From Lenisia limosa (taxonomy: Eukaryota > Protista > Breviatea): a stretch of DNA of 64,000 nucleotides. Positions 60,620 to 64,000 of this stretch are shown here, in pieces. Positions within the stretch are counted from its first letter, which is position 1; each line of letters starts with the position of its first letter. The position numbers were made by a program, and so were the translations under genes. A model generated the notes under the pieces. The model ran no database searches and was not told the origin of the DNA. It saw nothing but the letters and a program-made list of their open reading frames with translations. The stretch lies in assembly GCA_001655205.1 (NCBI GenBank), contig LPNZ01007654.1:1-64000 (forward strand). Direction: 5' to 3'.

Positions 60620-63600
60620 CCCGTCAAAATGGAAGCGAGAGACTTTGGGATGGTTTTGGGAAGCTTGGAAACTGAAAAGGGGTTGATAATATCAAATTAA
60701 GGAAATGTCTTGAGCAGTAATGGCACTCAAATACTCGATAACGATGAGGATGAGTCCAACCTTTTCCTTCAGTGCGCTGTATTGAAGCCGACTCCAACCC
60801 AGGCTAACAAGTGAAATTGCCATAAGACACCCACAATAATAAAGACAAAAAACATGGTTATAACGACAAAAAACAAAGTTACAACAACAAAGAACAAAGT
60901 TACAAATAATGTGTAGAGTGGCACGGTACACGTTGATGCTTACATTTTGCAAACTGTTGAGTCTATGCTTCCTCAGTCTCTCCATTGTATCAGGTAGCAT
61001 TGTGGATACCACAGTACCATATTGACTTGCTGTCCTTGTTTGCTCAGGGCCTTTTGTTGACAATTTGATGTTACTGGCCTTCTGTCCCGTTTTGCCAGTC
61101 AAATAGATGATTTTGCTGACTTTGCCTTTTAGCAGCGGAAGTTCTGTTGACAAGGCTTGGGATGAAGTCGCAGGAGTGTCCTGTTGCAAGAGCTGAACAG
61201 GAGACGTCGGAGAGTCCACATTGATGACCAAAGGTGTTGCTGGTGAGAGTTTTGGGGTCAGTTTGAGTTTGGTCACAATGGGAGTGTTTGACTTCACCTG
61301 TGCCTCAAGATTGGAGATATGTCTGGTGAATTGTGACGAAGGGTTGTGAGGAGAGGGTATAACAACACTGGTGCTACCTCCTCCTCCTCTTGAAGAGGAT
61401 GTCTGGTTGATCCTGAATGTTGGGATGCTTAGCTGCGAAGGGTTTGGAGATGGTGTCTCGTTCACCTGCTTTTTGATTTGGGATAGTCCCTAATACGTAA
61501 ATGCCAATTGTCACAAAACCCATATTTTCCCATACCCACCAATTTAGGTCCTCCACACAGCCATCCTTGGGTTGTGCTCCATTGTGAAGCACGTGACAAT
61601 GGGCGACACTCATCTTCAGTGCAAACTGCCACTTCGGTGGTGGTCTCTATTGGTGGAGACCCTATAATATTTGAGATGCAAGTGCTACCCTCGGCTCTGA
61701 ATTATACTTCGTTGTTAATTCATCAATACCTGTTGTTGACGTCTCTTGTATGAGTTCTAACGTGTGGTATTGCACGTTCAGCAAAGGATGTCCTTCGTAA
61801 CAACTTCAAAGTTACAATCAAATTGGAAAGACTAATAGTTCACTTTGACAGTACCTATTGTGAATAACAACTCCATCTGGACGTGCCATATGTTGTGATG
61901 CGCTGCTTGCTGCCACGACAGCGCCCCATGCCATATATCTGGGCTGATAGCTGCTAATTACCCCGCAAACTAAGAATGTGAGGACAGTGTGACTTGATTG
62001 TCACTTGTGAAATGGACAAATGTTGTTTTGATAAAAAAAATTAAAAGGCAAGACAAATACTAACCTGCACTGCCAAAAGCAATTCCAGCAGAAATCTACA
62101 ATGTGAGCCAGTGATTTCCTGTAACAGATGTAACAAAACAGCCAACTTGGGTCCAGAAACCAATACCTTTGGAAGAGTATTATCATGAAGCCCCAGATTC
62201 TTCAGTTGTGTCAAGATACGTTTGATTGTTGAAGGTAAATCCAAAGCCAAACCAAACATCTGAATCTGTAATAATCCAAAACCTGATTATATATGTTGCT
62301 ATTGTGATGCACTTGTTATAACAATGAACAACATTGAATTAAAAGTTTCAAATAGCCCCATTTGTCTTACACTATCAATGGGGTTACCATCAAGACCAGG
62401 CAGTCCAGACATGATCCAAAACCTGAAGAAGTGAAAGTGGGGCAAATTTGTCACGTTTTTATCACAAGAGTTATGTAAACATCTTGTTGTAAACGTCTTG
62501 TTATGAAAATATATTTCAATCTACTTATTACTACTCAATCCACCACAAAGTATCCTTACGAGGGTCCGCATTGTGCAAGGCGATACACATTAGGGTGGCC
62601 AATGGTGAGATTGTCCAACTCCTTCCCAAATGTTTGAATGGCTTGTGTGGCCTGTATGCTCATCAGGATTGGTTATTAGCATACCTGTGTCGCATCAACC
62701 TCTTGATTCCATTTCATGAATTGAATAATATTGACGTTCATCACTGCAATCTAAAGCATGGTTAGTGGAACACTTGACTGATATCCTATCTCACCTCATC
62801 TAGTTGCTCCCAAAGGAAGTCACTACCAGGTTTAAACACGGACAAGTCGTGAAATACTCCATTATCCTTCTCAAGCTTCTTAGTATCTACAAGAAATATT
62901 TAGAATATGAATTATCAATTCTTTCCCCACAAAGTTGCCAACCTTTGCTTTCTGTTGATTGATTGACAGCTTTGTGAAGATGCTGAGCCTCTTTGCGAGA
63001 TTGTCTTGATCCTATGTGTGAATCAAGCGCATCAATAAGCTTATTCAAGTTTAATTTTGTGTTTGATAATATTTATTATTAACCTTACCAAAAAACGTTG
63101 TAATAACTTTTGTTGTCAAGCCCTCCTGTATTTTGTCATCGGAGTCCAGGGCAGCGTCCGACTTTTCGTCCAACTGAACAGGTTGCCCAAGGTAACATTC
63201 GGACAGGTGACAAAGAGGAAGTAAAACATTACTTACAATATAATGATATAACCTCACCTGAATCATTAGTGGGATTACATGTGGGGGAAACGCTCGGAGA
63301 AGGAGATCAATAACCTCCTGTGTCATCAAATGCCTAAGTGATGAATAGTATAACAAAGCAGACAATCATCAAATGCCTAAGTGATGAATATAACAAAGCA
63401 GACAGTCATCAAATTTCTAAGTGATGAAAATAACAGCAGACAGTCATCAAAATCGTCAAGACTTATTAGTTTCGCCTTCGTCCACACCGTTCAATTGAAA
63501 ACAGGAAAAGGACTCTCCTCATTTTGATCATTACGGCTGACACATAAAGTGAAAACACACCAACAACACTCAGAAGAGAAACCGCAATCGTTGCCTGAAT

Positions 63601-64000
63601 TATGAGAGGCAAGTAGCAAAATGACAATTCTATGAAACTGCATCAATCGGTATTTTGTACCATCTATTAGAAGTTTTTGAAATTTGTTCATGATTCATTA
63701 CATAAGTTGAAAAATAACTGCAAACCTCAAGAAAAGGAGTGTCTGCCTTATAGTAGAGAGTCAATAGATGGAGCAGCGTAATGATCATGACGATTCCTCC
63801 TGGCCCTGGTGCTATTCCCAACACTGTTGGAAAGCACAGTAGAACCGTGATGATAGCCATCCCATTTTCGAAAGACCGCTGAATCTAAATAAGACACGAT
63901 CTGTTTCCAACACAATTAAAATAGTCATAGATTCTCACATTTGTCGATTCGTCCCCGAAACGAATGAAAATGCCGACAGAGAACAACCAAACAGCCCACC
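60620..64000 (-). CDS. Membrane class III nucleotide-cyclase-like protein with a degenerate catalytic domain and Ser/Pro/Thr-rich tail; 5' part outside the window, 3' end approximate
   Basis: Hydrophobic TM exons at ~63500-63900, helical-domain-like DLLLRAFPPHVIPLM, then VMNVNIIQF, ELDNL...VYRL, WIMSGLP, ISAGIAFGSAVCGVISSYQPRYMAWGAVVAASSA (cf. IRIGIHTGPVVAGVIG..KPRYDIWGDTVNVASR). Confidence 0.72.
63317..63452. repeat. ~40 bp tandem repeat x3 in a cyclase-like gene intron
   Basis: CATCAAATGCCTAAGTGATGAATA...TAACAAAGCAGACA repeated. Confidence 0.88.

Noticed and set aside
60692-61465. Longest ORF (257 aa) as a stand-alone gene
   Set aside because: It is better explained as the low-complexity tail exon of the cyclase-like gene plus read-through intron (the Cys/Phe-rich part is a repeat-containing intron).

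Overview
Compact, intron-dense eukaryotic (protist-like) genomic DNA with short GT-AG introns, which is why the ORF track shows only fragments. About 20 N gaps occur, mostly next to G/C homopolymers. Splicing exons by eye gives 11 genes. (1) 1-25176, minus: DNA-PKcs, C-terminal kinase outside the window. (2) A putatively acylated NDP kinase fused to ankyrin repeats. (3) An adenosylhomocysteinase-like protein with an IRBIT/AHCYL1-like Ser-rich N-terminal extension. (4) EB1. (5) A PPC/DUF296 protein. (6) Exocyst Sec3/EXOC1. (7) PPWD1. (8) A type I PRMT with an N-terminal C2H2 WRKY/FAR1-like zinc module. (9) A Ygr210-type Obg GTPase. (10) A WD40-like protein. (11) A secreted Sushi+RCC1 protein. 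A twelfth, partial gene encodes a membrane nucleotide-cyclase-like protein whose catalytic residues are lost. Five copies of a ~100 bp hairpin MITE and many short tandem duplications sit in introns. All homology calls come from motif recognition from memory, not database searches. Exon boundaries are manual and unverified by transcripts. I found no prokaryote-style novel system. The best candidates are the IRBIT-like protein, the NDK-ankyrin fusion, the zinc finger-PRMT fusion, the pseudo-cyclase and the MITE family.
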